A stretch of DNA of 64,000 nt from Escherichia phage LHE287, in sequence record PP761450.1; one strand, given 5' to 3'. Of the stretch, positions 1-9,032 are shown piece by piece. Position 1 is the first letter of the stretch; the number at the start of each line of letters is the position of its first letter. A program made the position numbers and the translations under genes. The notes beneath the pieces were generated by a model. The model searched no databases and was not told the DNA's origin. It saw only the letters and a program-made list of their open reading frames with translations.

Positions 1-229
1 CAGAGCTATCAAAGTTGTGTCCAACCCGATCTTACAAGCCCGTATCCCGGTCTGGTTAAGACTTGTAAGTGGAAAGCCCTGGAAAAATAAACGCCTGTGG
101 CGAGGCTATGGTGCAAGCCAAAGACCCACAGAAGCGCATGCCGTGAGGCGCACAAACAGGCATGCATGAACTGATCATGCACAAACGGGATAAAGGGTTG
201 ACAGTCCTTGGTTGGCCACACAATAATTT

Positions 230-306
230 GGTCCTGTAGCTCAGTCGGTTAGAGCAGTGAACTCATAATTCATTGGTCATTGGTTCAAACCCAATCAGGA
301 TCACCA
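230..306 (+). tRNA. tRNA-Met (anticodon CAT; could be a lysidine-type Ile tRNA)
   Basis: Cloverleaf: acceptor GGTCCTG/CAGGATC, D-arm TAGCTCAGTCGGTTAGAGCA, anticodon stem-loop GTGAA-CTCATAA-TTCAT, T-arm ATTGG-TTCAAAC-CCAAT, 3' ACCA. Confidence 0.8.
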
Positions 307-560
307 TATTAAGGGGTGTGAAACATGACACTCTGACAAACACGGTAAGCGTTGCAGCCAGCTGTGTATAAAATGGGGATGACTCCACATCGGAAACGAT
401 GCCCCAACTTCCAGAAATGGTCAGGCGCAAAGCCTGTAAAGTTCCAGGAGATCGAACCAGAAGGCACTGGTCGCCAGTTAACCAATCGGCGCTGAGAAGC
501 GCGGGGAGTTGGGCTACGGCAGATCAAATGCTCAATCGGGTGTGAAGCCCGTCCAAATTC

Positions 561-644
561 GGGGGAGTACCAGAGTGGTCAAATGGGCCTGACTGTAAAT
601 CAGGTGTTTCGGCTTCGGTGGTTCGAATCCATCCTCCCCCACCA
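561..644 (+). tRNA. tRNA-Tyr (anticodon GTA), long variable arm
   Basis: Acceptor GGGGGAG/CTCCCCC, anticodon stem-loop CCTGA-CTGTAAA-TCAGG, long variable arm, T-loop GGTTCGAATCC, 3' ACCA. Confidence 0.8.
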
Positions 645-650
645 AATTAC

Positions 651-724
651 AGGAGCATAGCTAAGCGGTAAGGCAATGGGTTTGATCCCATGATCTCAGG
701 TTCGACTCCTGACGCGCTCTCCCA
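651..724 (+). tRNA. tRNA-like element, possibly a degenerate tRNA; anticodon unresolved
   Basis: Canonical T-arm TCAGG-TTCGACT-CCTGA and D-loop AGCGGTAA, but the acceptor stem pairs poorly and the anticodon hairpin ATGGG-TTTGAT-CCCAT has a 6-nt loop. Confidence 0.3.
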
Positions 725-780
725 TAGGGTAGTACCAGTGCAAGCGTGTAGTCTTTCAACCCATCCCATCGATGTGGTAT

Positions 781-809
781 AGCCGGATATCCTATCCGGC
801 TTTCTTTTT
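781..809 (+). terminator. rho-independent terminator after the tRNA cluster
   Basis: Perfect hairpin AGCCGGATA-TCC-TATCCGGCT followed by TTCTTTTT. Confidence 0.7.
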
Positions 810-933
810 ATCCCTGTCTTATTATCTTCTTATCGGCCCAAGCATGTCCTCCTTTATCATAGTTTGTTCAACGATACAAAGGGGGTTTAAAATTTAACCG
901 TTAACCCCCTGTCATAGATTTGAGGATACACCG

Positions 934-1590
934 ATGCGTAATGTTTCTATCTGGGAATTGAACGAAGTGATTTCCCGTGACACCCCTCCAATTGTCAGAC
1001 TCTTCCAATACAAGGGTGTCAAGCGCACTCTGAATGAGTTCCTGTCGCCTGTTTACGTCTACCGTGATGGCGGGTTCTTCCGCCGCGATAAAAACATCCC
1101 GAACCTTGGTATGACGTTTGATTTGAGTATCAAAGGCCAGGTTGTATTGATGGGTTATGGTAGCCTGGAACAATCTGAGAAAGGTCAGGGCGCTCCACTT
1201 ATGGTCTTCGGTTCTTTTGAACAAGCCGTGCACTGGCTGATCAGAAACGGATATGATTTCTATGGCGAAGAAAGCGCCAATTGGCGTCGTCGCAAGGTCA
1301 AGTCTGTTGATCTGGTGGATTTGAATCTGATGTACCAGGCCATGGCTCGCGAGTACGAAAAGAATCTCGTCAAGCCTGTCGCTCAGGAGAACAATGTTGT
1401 TAACACTACATCTGAGTCTTCTCATCATGACGTGAACATCGTTCCGGCCTGTGAAACGAAAGCGCCGACACCACCTACTCCTCCGGCCAGTCGTGTTCTG
1501 AATGATCAGGGCGCTCCGGTAAAACAAAAGGTCAAGAAGCCGACTTTCATGGAAAACATGATGAAGTTCCTTCGTCTGTTCAAGAAGTAA
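934..1590 (+). CDS. hypothetical protein (218 aa)
   Basis: ATG preceded by GAGGA RBS; no recognisable motif; lies 70 nt upstream of the PLP-enzyme gene. Confidence 0.55.
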   Translation: MRNVSIWELNEVISRDTPPIVRLFQYKGVKRTLNEFLSPVYVYRDGGFFRRDKNIPNLGMTFDLSIKGQVVLMGYGSLEQSEKGQGAPLMVFGSFEQAVHWLIRNGYDFYGEESANWRRRKVKSVDLVDLNLMYQAMAREYEKNLVKPVAQENNVVNTTSESSHHDVNIVPACETKAPTPPTPPASRVLNDQGAPVKQKVKKPTFMENMMKFLRLFKK

Positions 1591-1659
1591 TCCGAGATTC
1601 TCCTTTTCTATACTCCTGTAGATACACTATGATAAGCCAATGTCTACAGGAGAAATAGA

Positions 1660-2853
1660 ATGAACAAGACCATTTTCGATACCCTTTCCCTCGACCGCAA
1701 TCTGGTCCATTGGGAAGATTATCTCTACAAGCACACCCCGTGCGAACTTGTCGTCAACCCCGAAACCAATCAGCAGGTCTGGTTCAAGCGTGAAGATTAT
1801 TTTGCGCCGCTGTCCAATTATGCAAATGGACAGCAGGGCATCAACGGCAGCAAACTCCGCCAGGCCATCTGGTTGATGGTTGAGCACCTCAAGGCCGGAG
1901 GCTCCCCTGACATCATCCATGGTACTGTCGTTGGTAGTCCGCAGTCCCCTATGGCGACGGCAGTCTCTCGGCACTTCGGTGGCAAGACAACCACTGTACT
2001 CGGAGCGACCAAACCCACCACCTGTATGAACCATGAAATGGTGAAAATGAGCGCCTGGTTCGGTAGTGAGTTCAACTTCGTCGGCTCGGGTTACAACAGC
2101 ACCATCCAGCCGCGCTGTAAGAAGTTGATCGAACAACAGAATCCAAAGGCGTACTATCTGGAATATGGTATCACCCTCGACCATACAGCGCATTCTCCTG
2201 AGCGCATCGCTGGCTTCCATATGCTGGGTGGCGAGCAGGTTGCCAACATCCCAGACCATATCACCGACCTGATTATCCCAGCCGGATCGTGCAACTCTTG
2301 CACAAGCATCCTGACCGGGCTGGCAATGCATCCGAAGCCTAATCTGAAGCGTGTGTATCTGATTGGCATCGGTCCTAACCGCCTTGACTTTATCGAGAGC
2401 CGTCTGCGCATCATCGGCAAACATGCCAATCTGCCGCACATTGTCGACTTCACCCGTCGCTATCACGACAACCCAGACTATGTACACGGCAAGAAGGAGC
2501 TTCAGCATGCCTCTAAGAGCGTTTCGCTGGCTGGCCTCCTAAGTGGTATCAGGAAGAAGGAAGAGCCAGAGGTCGTGCTTCCTCGCTTTGAGGTACACCA
2601 TTGGGATCTTCACACCACTAATTGGGTTCGTTACAATGACCTGATGGAATATCAGTGGGGTGATATCGAATTGCATCCTCGCTATGAAGGCAAGGTCATG
2701 ACCTGGGTTCAGCAACACAAGCCCGAGTTGCTGAACGAGAACACTCTGTTCTGGATTGTGGGCAGCAAGCCGTACATTGAGCCAATGAAGACAGCATGCC
2801 CTGAGCTGGCTATCCCCGAAGCAGTACCTGTAAACGAATTCACCCCTTCCTGA
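1660..2853 (+). CDS. fold-type II PLP-dependent enzyme (ACC deaminase / D-cysteine desulfhydrase / Trp-synthase-beta superfamily)
   Basis: N-terminal motif FKREDYF...GINGSKLRQA resembles the KRED...GGNKxRKLE PLP-lysine region; later loop PAGSCNSCTS in the position of the phosphate-binding glycine loop; RBS AGGAGA. Confidence 0.55.
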   Translation: MNKTIFDTLSLDRNLVHWEDYLYKHTPCELVVNPETNQQVWFKREDYFAPLSNYANGQQGINGSKLRQAIWLMVEHLKAGGSPDIIHGTVVGSPQSPMATAVSRHFGGKTTTVLGATKPTTCMNHEMVKMSAWFGSEFNFVGSGYNSTIQPRCKKLIEQQNPKAYYLEYGITLDHTAHSPERIAGFHMLGGEQVANIPDHITDLIIPAGSCNSCTSILTGLAMHPKPNLKRVYLIGIGPNRLDFIESRLRIIGKHANLPHIVDFTRRYHDNPDYVHGKKELQHASKSVSLAGLLSGIRKKEEPEVVLPRFEVHHWDLHTTNWVRYNDLMEYQWGDIELHPRYEGKVMTWVQQHKPELLNENTLFWIVGSKPYIEPMKTACPELAIPEAVPVNEFTPS

Positions 2854-2988
2854 TCCCTCCTAAATACCCCATACAACCAGTGTGGGGTATCTATGAAACC
2901 TTCCTCCAATATTTCCTAGAGGCGTCCTGTACAAACCAGGCCTGGCACCTAAATACCCCCATATGGCTAACCCACTGAGGAACCCAAC

Positions 2989-3447
2989 ATGCCAACCTCC
3001 AAATTGTTTGAATCAGAATACACCAATGACATCCCTGTATGGACTGGTGTTCAAGACGGTATCACGATTGAGCTGTTTGATCGTGAAGAGACAGGCGCGG
3101 AAGAGATCTATGCAGGCGTTGAAGGCACTGATGTTGTCCGCGCCGCCGTAGCACTTGCTACCTTCCTGGAAGATGCACCGATTGATGGTGTGCCGTTCGA
3201 GGCGCACGTAGATCCCAAGGATCCGACCTCTATCATCATTACAGTGAATGGGGTGCCATACACTTCCTACAGTATCGAGACGGACGAAGAGGGCAGCGGA
3301 GCGCTGTATATTGCCACCGACCTGCAGCTGGAAGACGATGAGATGGATTATCTGATTCAGAACGGGGTGCTGCCACCGTTTACCGATGAAGAACTGGACA
3401 CGGAACTGGCTGCTGTCGGGGACGACGAAGACTTCTGGGAAGAATAA
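2989..3447 (+). CDS. highly acidic protein (152 aa), candidate DNA mimic
   Basis: Asp/Glu-rich throughout (EELDTELAAVGDDEDFWEE); RBS GAGGA; followed by a bidirectional terminator. Confidence 0.55.
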   Translation: MPTSKLFESEYTNDIPVWTGVQDGITIELFDREETGAEEIYAGVEGTDVVRAAVALATFLEDAPIDGVPFEAHVDPKDPTSIIITVNGVPYTSYSIETDEEGSGALYIATDLQLEDDEMDYLIQNGVLPPFTDEELDTELAAVGDDEDFWEE

Positions 3448-3448
3448 G

Positions 3449-3471
3449 AAAAGGGGCTTTAAGCCCCTTTC
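3449..3471. terminator. bidirectional terminator between convergent genes
   Basis: Palindrome AAAGGGGCTT-t-AAGCCCCTTT with A-run upstream and T-run downstream. Confidence 0.65.
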
Positions 3472-3472
3472 T

Positions 3473-4024
3473 TCATTTCACCTTGCGAGTTGGATATTGG
3501 TTAAAGAGTTTGCCCAGCTTAGACACGTTGATGATTGTCTGGGTCTTCCAGCGCTGGATCCCTTCCGGGGTAGTCACGGTCAGGATTGAATGCCCCCAAA
3601 TGTGGGAACCGTCCAGCACAGCCGCGCTGTGGCTACCAATCTTGTCTTCCAGTTTGCAAATGAAAGATTCATACTGATGGGCAGCGTTGCAACGGGCTTC
3701 CTTGATGAACAGACGCTGGCGCTCTGGATCAGACTTGACGATGTTAGGCGCACCCACTTGATAAGAGCGGTTCGGCGGGTTATTGTCGGCGGTCAGGCTC
3801 ATATACAAAGACTGCTTTGCCTTCATGCGATGGTAATCGTGGTGACCCATTCTGACGCCAACAGTGGATGGCCAAGGAGCGCACTTCTGAAGATCCCAGC
3901 CGTTGGCGGCTAGATCGTCCATCACGTTCTTGATGATTTTGTTCGCGTACTGCTCGGCAGCTTCTTCGGCCTGCGACAACAGAGGCTCAACAGCGATACG
4001 GACAGCAGTTTTTGGCATTGTCAT
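3473..4024 (-). CDS. hypothetical protein (183 aa)
   Basis: ATG with AAGGA RBS on the minus strand; no recognisable motif. Confidence 0.55.
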   Translation of the reverse strand: MTMPKTAVRIAVEPLLSQAEEAAEQYANKIIKNVMDDLAANGWDLQKCAPWPSTVGVRMGHHDYHRMKAKQSLYMSLTADNNPPNRSYQVGAPNIVKSDPERQRLFIKEARCNAAHQYESFICKLEDKIGSHSAAVLDGSHIWGHSILTVTTPEGIQRWKTQTIINVSKLGKLFNQYPTRKVK

Positions 4025-4047
4025 GATATAGTCCTTCAGTTCAAAGT

Positions 4048-4065
4048 AAGCCCCCTGAGGGGCTT
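4048..4065 (-). terminator. hairpin downstream of the minus-strand gene (terminator or RNA-stability element)
   Basis: AAGCCCC-CTGA-GGGGCTT stem-loop; only a weak T-run. Confidence 0.35.
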
Positions 4066-4072
4066 CAGTCGA

Positions 4073-4630
4073 TTAGAAGCGGGAATCCAGCCAGGCGTTC
4101 TTTTCGTTCTGCCACTCCCAAGCGGCCTGACCGCCAGCCATGATCACTTCCAGGGAAGGAGTATTGTCATCCTCGCCGCCGTGAAGGTCAGGGTCGAAGC
4201 CGTCGTCTTCAGGATCGTCTTCACATTCATTCTGATAAGCGGAATATTCGATGTAATGGGCTTCGGCTTCGCAATCCATGTCACCCAGAGCTTCCTCGAG
4301 GGACATTTTGCCTTCGGCAATCAGCTCGGCAGTCGCATCGTCCAGGCCTGCGTCTTTCGCTTCAACGAACAGTTCGTGACGTTTCTGGAAAAGGAAGAAG
4401 TTCATGGCTTCAATGCGTGAGTCGAAGTACTCTTTGCGGGGAATCATGATTTCACGACCATCGACTTTGCTTACCATCAGCAGGTGTGAACCGTATTCAA
4501 CCAGGTAGCGACCGCCTTTCACTGGGTTGGAACCGTCAATTGTACCCAGAGTGGTGATTGCGCGGCCTTCTTCAGTACCGTACATTACAGTTTTGCCAGA
4601 TTTGGATTGAGCGATAATTTCGATTGCCAT
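4073..4630 (-). CDS. hypothetical protein with acidic C-terminal tail (185 aa)
   Basis: ATG with GAAGGAAA RBS; C-terminal DDPEDDGFDPDLHGGEDD. Confidence 0.55.
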   Translation of the reverse strand: MAIEIIAQSKSGKTVMYGTEEGRAITTLGTIDGSNPVKGGRYLVEYGSHLLMVSKVDGREIMIPRKEYFDSRIEAMNFFLFQKRHELFVEAKDAGLDDATAELIAEGKMSLEEALGDMDCEAEAHYIEYSAYQNECEDDPEDDGFDPDLHGGEDDNTPSLEVIMAGGQAAWEWQNEKNAWLDSRF

Positions 4631-4675
4631 GATGTATTTCCTTCTCTTCAGATTGTTGTTCGTACTACAATTAGA

Positions 4676-4704
4676 AGTATACGCCAGTTATTGAAGAAGT
4701 AAAC
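4676..4704 (-). promoter_or_regulatory. T4-early-type sigma70 promoter (GTTTAC-17-TATACT) for the minus-strand gene 4073..4630
   Basis: Minus strand reads TTATTGAATAAA-GTTTAC-ttcttcaataactggcg-TATACT, followed by the RBS and ATG of the downstream gene. Confidence 0.45.
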
Positions 4705-4721
4705 TTTATTCAATAAATATT

Positions 4722-4934
4722 TTAATAAATTTTGAACTCTGCTCCCTTGTACGTTGCCGATCCTCGTTCTATGAGGCCGTCAGGGACAATTACCTTTGTC
4801 GGCCAACCACCATCTGGAGCCTTAACAGTCAGGCGCGTCTTGTGATCTCCCAGCTGTGTTTGTTCATAGATCCTTCCGCGTACTATCGTCGCCCCGCCCT
4901 GGGTGACGAGCAATCTCTTGTTTACCACATTCAT
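4722..4934 (-). CDS. small hypothetical protein (70 aa)
   Basis: ATG preceded by AGGGA RBS. Confidence 0.45.
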   Translation of the reverse strand: MNVVNKRLLVTQGGATIVRGRIYEQTQLGDHKTRLTVKAPDGGWPTKVIVPDGLIERGSATYKGAEFKIY

Positions 4935-4976
4935 TCCCTAAACACCAAAAGAAAGGGGAGTTTCCTCCCCTTGAAC

Positions 4977-5549
4977 TTATTTCTTCAGATCAGGCCACGC
5001 ACCAGAGGTCGCAGTAGACCCAGCTGGGGGAGCAGACTCAAGATCGGGAGAACCCGACTGAGTAACAACAGTGGGATCTTTCTGTACGACCCGAACCCCA
5101 AATTGCTTGAGAGCATCCATAGCTTGGGCTTTTCGCCTGTTGCTTTTGTAGTGGTTGTAGCCTTTGATACCGAATGATGCACTAATTGCTGTCAATAACG
5201 AATAGGTATACCATTCAGGTGCAGTATCTAGTGCCTGAAGGCCACCGATTACTGCTTTGATGAAATCCCCTTTATGATACTCACCAGGGAACAGAATCAG
5301 TTCCACAACCGGAGCAGTCATGACGAGGATGGCGGGTATGGCCAACACGATAGTCCAGAATTCGTCTTTCCAAGACCCGCCGACTTCGGTAATCTTAGAC
5401 AGCTCCCAATCTGAGGAGGACTTGATGGCCTCCAGCTTGACGTCGTGTTTGGCCTGTACAACTTCCCGCTTATATTGGATCAAATCAGTCCCGAGGTTCC
5501 AGAGTTGCTTGAGCACCCCTGGGATCATACCAACGAGGGGGATTGCCAT
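4977..5549 (-). CDS. membrane protein (about 190 aa)
   Basis: Track ORF begins at an alternative codon; internal ATG (MAIPLVGMIPG) has an AAGGAG RBS; hydrophobic N-terminus and a second hydrophobic segment. Confidence 0.5.
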   Translation of the reverse strand: MAIPLVGMIPGVLKQLWNLGTDLIQYKREVVQAKHDVKLEAIKSSSDWELSKITEVGGSWKDEFWTIVLAIPAILVMTAPVVELILFPGEYHKGDFIKAVIGGLQALDTAPEWYTYSLLTAISASFGIKGYNHYKSNRRKAQAMDALKQFGVRVVQKDPTVVTQSGSPDLESAPPAGSTATSGAWPDLKK

Positions 5550-5628
5550 AATAAACTCCTTGGTCAATGAATGGCTCTATGGTTAAATATGCCCACGTGC
5601 TAACGGCACGGATAACCTGGAGAATTAC

Positions 5629-8628
5629 ATGACCGTTTTCTATACGAACGTTGCCCGCAGGGGCAATGACCTGTTGATTCGAATTGCAGATGACATGGGT
5701 AATCGCCGTCTGTTGAAAAAGAAATTCGAACCCACTCTCTATTTACCCACGGCTGACTATTCAAATGTTGAAAAGGTCGGTCTTCTCAATGAACCCCTGG
5801 TAGCCAAGCAGTTCCCTTCCATGCGTGACGCTGACAACTATCTTGAAGAGTACAAGGAAGTCCAGGGTGCTTCCATTTACGGACAGACCGATTATGCATA
5901 CCAGTTCATCGCCCATAGCTTTCCTGGAAAGATTGAGCCGGATTACTCCAACATCCATATTGCTAACCTCGATATCGAAGTGTTCTCCGCCGGGTGGAAA
6001 GACGGAAAGATGACCAAAGGTCCATTCCCTCACCCAACCATTGAGCAGCAGACGTTCAAAGGGAATGAGGCGCGCATTCGCCGCTTCCATAAACAAGTGC
6101 TGGCTAACCATGAATTTGTCCGTGAGCACTTCCCTGGTTCTTTCATCAGCAACAACGTCACTGATCAGTTCCCTATCATTGATAGCAATGGCAAGATCAC
6201 CCAGGACATGAATGCGGCGTTCCCCATTACCCTGATCCAGCTTCAGGATATGGCGACCAATAAGTTCATGGTCTGGGGTATGCCCTGTGCCAAAGATCGT
6301 AACAAATTCGCATACGACACCGAAGACAAAGAGATCGGCGGCCTTGAGGTTGTTTATCAGGAGTTCACCACCGAACAAGATCTGCTGCGCTCGTTCCTAG
6401 ACTTCTGGTCACAGCGTCAGTTCGACGGCTGGACAGGCTGGAACATTGAGACGTTTGATAGCCCTTATCTTGTTGAGCGCATGAATCAGGTTCTGGGTGA
6501 AGCCGAAACATCGCGCCTCAGTCCTTGGGGTATCATTAAGAAGCGTATCATTCGCGATAAGAAGGGCGATATCACGACGTATCAGTTCGTGGGTTGCCCT
6601 ATGCTCGATTATATGCAGATCTACAAGAAACACACGTACACCACCCGTGAACGCTACTCTCTTGACTGGATTGCGTATTGTGAGCTGGGTGAGAAGAAGA
6701 TGGACTACAGTGAGAGCAAGTCGCTCTTTGATCTGTACTTCAACGACTACTGCAAACACACCCGATATGGTATCAAAGACGTTAAGCTGGTATGGCGACT
6801 TGAACAGAAGCTGCGCCTGCTCCAGCTGATGTTCGTCCTGGCCTACCGCACCAAGTCCAACTATGAAGACGGTCTGGGCACTGTGGCTCCGTGGCTGGCC
6901 ATGTGCTACTATCGCCTGTACGAGAAGGGGATAGTGCCTAAGATCCAGCGTGTATACGATGGTCCGACCGACTTTGAGGGCGCATACGTCATGGATGTGA
7001 CACCAGGAATCTACTTCTGGGTCTTCTCGGAAGATTTGAACTCCCTGTATCCTCACATCATACAGCAGTACAACCTCGGTCCAGAGACTATCGTTGGCGA
7101 CAAACACCAGCGCCGCGAGATTATTGAGGCTATGTGTGAAGAGCTGGCTGCTCAGATGAATAACATGGCAACGCCGATGCACAAACGTCGGTTGATGAAA
7201 GCCCTTCACGACAAGCTGTTGCGTGCGGTTGACGAACGCCTGCAGGTTGTTGATGAGTTGGTTGCCCTGGGTGAGTTCCACTTTGAAACCCTGCGCCGCT
7301 ACAACGTGTCGTTCACGCCGAACGTTCAATTCTTCAGCAACGAGAAGATGTCGTTCCTGTCTGAAATCATGCGTGGTATCTACAGCGACCGTAAAGTAGA
7401 GAAGGCCAAGGGTCTGAAGTATGAGCAGTGGGCTGGCTGGTGTAAAGAGATGTCGAAGGGCGACTTCCATCTTGAGTCTGCCATGAAGTCTCGCTACTAT
7501 GACCCAGAGTGGTATGAAGAGCACAAGAACATTGATCTTGATGCCCTGACCGAAGTGATGAAGAAGTGGGAAGACCTGGGCGTTGCTCAAGATACCCTAC
7601 AGCAAGGTCTGAAGATCTTGATGAACGCAGGTTATGGCGCTATCTCGAACGTCTGGTTCAAAGAGTACTTCAACCTCAACATTGCCGAAGCCATCACCAC
7701 ATCCGGTCAGCTGATCAACAAGTGGAACAAGCGTTACACTGATGACTATCTGAACAAGCTGTGTGGTACAACAGGCCAGGACTTCGTCATCGCAGGTGAT
7801 ACCGACTCCAACTACATCTGCATTGAGCGTCTTGTCAAGCAGTTGTGGCCTGATGTTACTGACCATCATGCTATGGTTGATAATATCGACCAATGGATCA
7901 AAGACAACTACCAGCCGAAGACCAATGAGTGGGCACAGCTTCTGTGTAACACCATGAACGGATTTGAACAGCGCATGGTATGGGAGCGTGAGGTCATTGC
8001 GTCAGCCGCTGTCTGGCGAGCCAAGAAGATGTATGCCATGGCCGTGTACGACAGTGAGGGTATCAAGTACGAGAAGCCGAAGATCAAGTTCAAAGGTCTG
8101 GAAGCCCGCAAGTCCACCACGCCGGAATGGTGTCGTGAGCGTCTTGTCAAGTGTTATGAGAAGATCCTACTCGGCACCGAAGAGGAAGTACAGGCGCTCA
8201 TCTCCCAGTACAAAGAGGAGTACATGAAACTCTCTGTAGACGATATCGCCAAGGCTTCCGGCGTGTCCGACATAGAGAAGTGTGTGGCTGCTGACGGATC
8301 GTTCATCTCTGGTGCTCATTTTGCTGCCAAGGCGTGTGTGGGCTACAACCGTCTGGTTGAGAAGAACGAAGATCTGGGTCTACCGATGATCGAGTCGGGT
8401 GATAAGGTACAGATGGTGTTGTTGAAGCCGGGCAACCCGTTTGGGCAGAACTACTTTGCATATCCTGAGTTCTTCCCCGAGGAGCTTGGTCTGGGCAAAT
8501 GGGTGGATTATCAGGCGGCCTTTGAGAAGTCCTTCATTGATCCGATTCAGTCTATCCTCGACGTGGTCGGCTGGTCACACAAGCGCCGTGTGAACCTTCT
8601 TGCCATGATGCAAAAGAAGAAAGGTTGA
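5629..8628 (+). CDS. 43: family B DNA polymerase (T4 gp43-like), 999 aa
   Basis: Exonuclease motif LDIEV, polymerase motif A DLNSLYP, motif C GDTDS; size and T4-like genomic context. Confidence 0.95.
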   Translation: MTVFYTNVARRGNDLLIRIADDMGNRRLLKKKFEPTLYLPTADYSNVEKVGLLNEPLVAKQFPSMRDADNYLEEYKEVQGASIYGQTDYAYQFIAHSFPGKIEPDYSNIHIANLDIEVFSAGWKDGKMTKGPFPHPTIEQQTFKGNEARIRRFHKQVLANHEFVREHFPGSFISNNVTDQFPIIDSNGKITQDMNAAFPITLIQLQDMATNKFMVWGMPCAKDRNKFAYDTEDKEIGGLEVVYQEFTTEQDLLRSFLDFWSQRQFDGWTGWNIETFDSPYLVERMNQVLGEAETSRLSPWGIIKKRIIRDKKGDITTYQFVGCPMLDYMQIYKKHTYTTRERYSLDWIAYCELGEKKMDYSESKSLFDLYFNDYCKHTRYGIKDVKLVWRLEQKLRLLQLMFVLAYRTKSNYEDGLGTVAPWLAMCYYRLYEKGIVPKIQRVYDGPTDFEGAYVMDVTPGIYFWVFSEDLNSLYPHIIQQYNLGPETIVGDKHQRREIIEAMCEELAAQMNNMATPMHKRRLMKALHDKLLRAVDERLQVVDELVALGEFHFETLRRYNVSFTPNVQFFSNEKMSFLSEIMRGIYSDRKVEKAKGLKYEQWAGWCKEMSKGDFHLESAMKSRYYDPEWYEEHKNIDLDALTEVMKKWEDLGVAQDTLQQGLKILMNAGYGAISNVWFKEYFNLNIAEAITTSGQLINKWNKRYTDDYLNKLCGTTGQDFVIAGDTDSNYICIERLVKQLWPDVTDHHAMVDNIDQWIKDNYQPKTNEWAQLLCNTMNGFEQRMVWEREVIASAAVWRAKKMYAMAVYDSEGIKYEKPKIKFKGLEARKSTTPEWCRERLVKCYEKILLGTEEEVQALISQYKEEYMKLSVDDIAKASGVSDIEKCVAADGSFISGAHFAAKACVGYNRLVEKNEDLGLPMIESGDKVQMVLLKPGNPFGQNYFAYPEFFPEELGLGKWVDYQAAFEKSFIDPIQSILDVVGWSHKRRVNLLAMMQKKKG

Positions 8629-8654
8629 TTCAATAAACCAAAGGGGGATATAAT
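8626..8654 (+). promoter_or_regulatory. sigma70-like promoter TTGATT-17-TATAAT with the -10 in a hairpin loop
   Basis: TTGATT overlaps the polymerase stop codon; 17-nt spacer; TATAAT forms the loop of hairpin GGGGGA-TATAAT-TCCCCC. Confidence 0.45.
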
Positions 8655-8690
8655 TCCCCCTGTTAACCCTTTGACAAACAGGTGATTGAA

Positions 8691-9032
8691 ATGAAACTCA
8701 ATAAGATTCTTCTGGTGTGTGCTCTGGCTTTCTCTACCACTGCGTGTTCCACCCTTCTGGACGTTGCTTCTACTGTAGACCTTGACGCGCCGACGTTCAC
8801 CAATGAGCAGGCCGTGTCCAAGATGGAAGACACCATCAAGGCGCATGCAGCACTGGACAACACTACCCCAGGTCCGCTCCAAACTGTCTGCAACTATGAC
8901 GATTCCATCCAGGAAGACGAAACTTACCACTGCATCACCTACGTGAAGCAGGCCTCCGTCGTTCTGTATGCAGATTGTACCGAAGAACAGTGTGTTGCTA
9001 CAGGCTACGATAAAGTTGAGGAAGACAAATGA
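8691..9032 (+). CDS. putative secreted protein or lipoprotein (113 aa)
   Basis: Signal-peptide-like N-terminus MKLNKILLVCALAFSTTAC with Cys after the hydrophobic core; internal ATG chosen for its AGGTGA RBS. Confidence 0.5.
   Translation: MKLNKILLVCALAFSTTACSTLLDVASTVDLDAPTFTNEQAVSKMEDTIKAHAALDNTTPGPLQTVCNYDDSIQEDETYHCITYVKQASVVLYADCTEEQCVATGYDKVEEDK

Noticed and set aside
440-530. Possible minus-strand tRNA suggested by GATCGAACC (reverse complement of a T-loop-like GGTTCGATC)
   Set aside because: The flanking sequence does not form a 5-bp T-stem or an acceptor stem; only a 4-bp hairpin with a 19-nt loop is possible.
1627-2508. Long antisense ORFs in the track (for example 1627..2508 -, 6409..7590 -, 38906..39886 -, 44002..44799 +, 46563..47000 +, 52447..53097 +)
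   Set aside because: Each lies entirely inside a sense-strand gene with recognisable motifs or better coding context; they have no RBS and are best explained as shadow ORFs.
5629-8628. Group I intron or homing endonuclease insertion in the DNA polymerase gene
   Set aside because: A single uninterrupted 999-aa ORF contains all polymerase motifs in order, with no embedded ORF carrying a nuclease motif.
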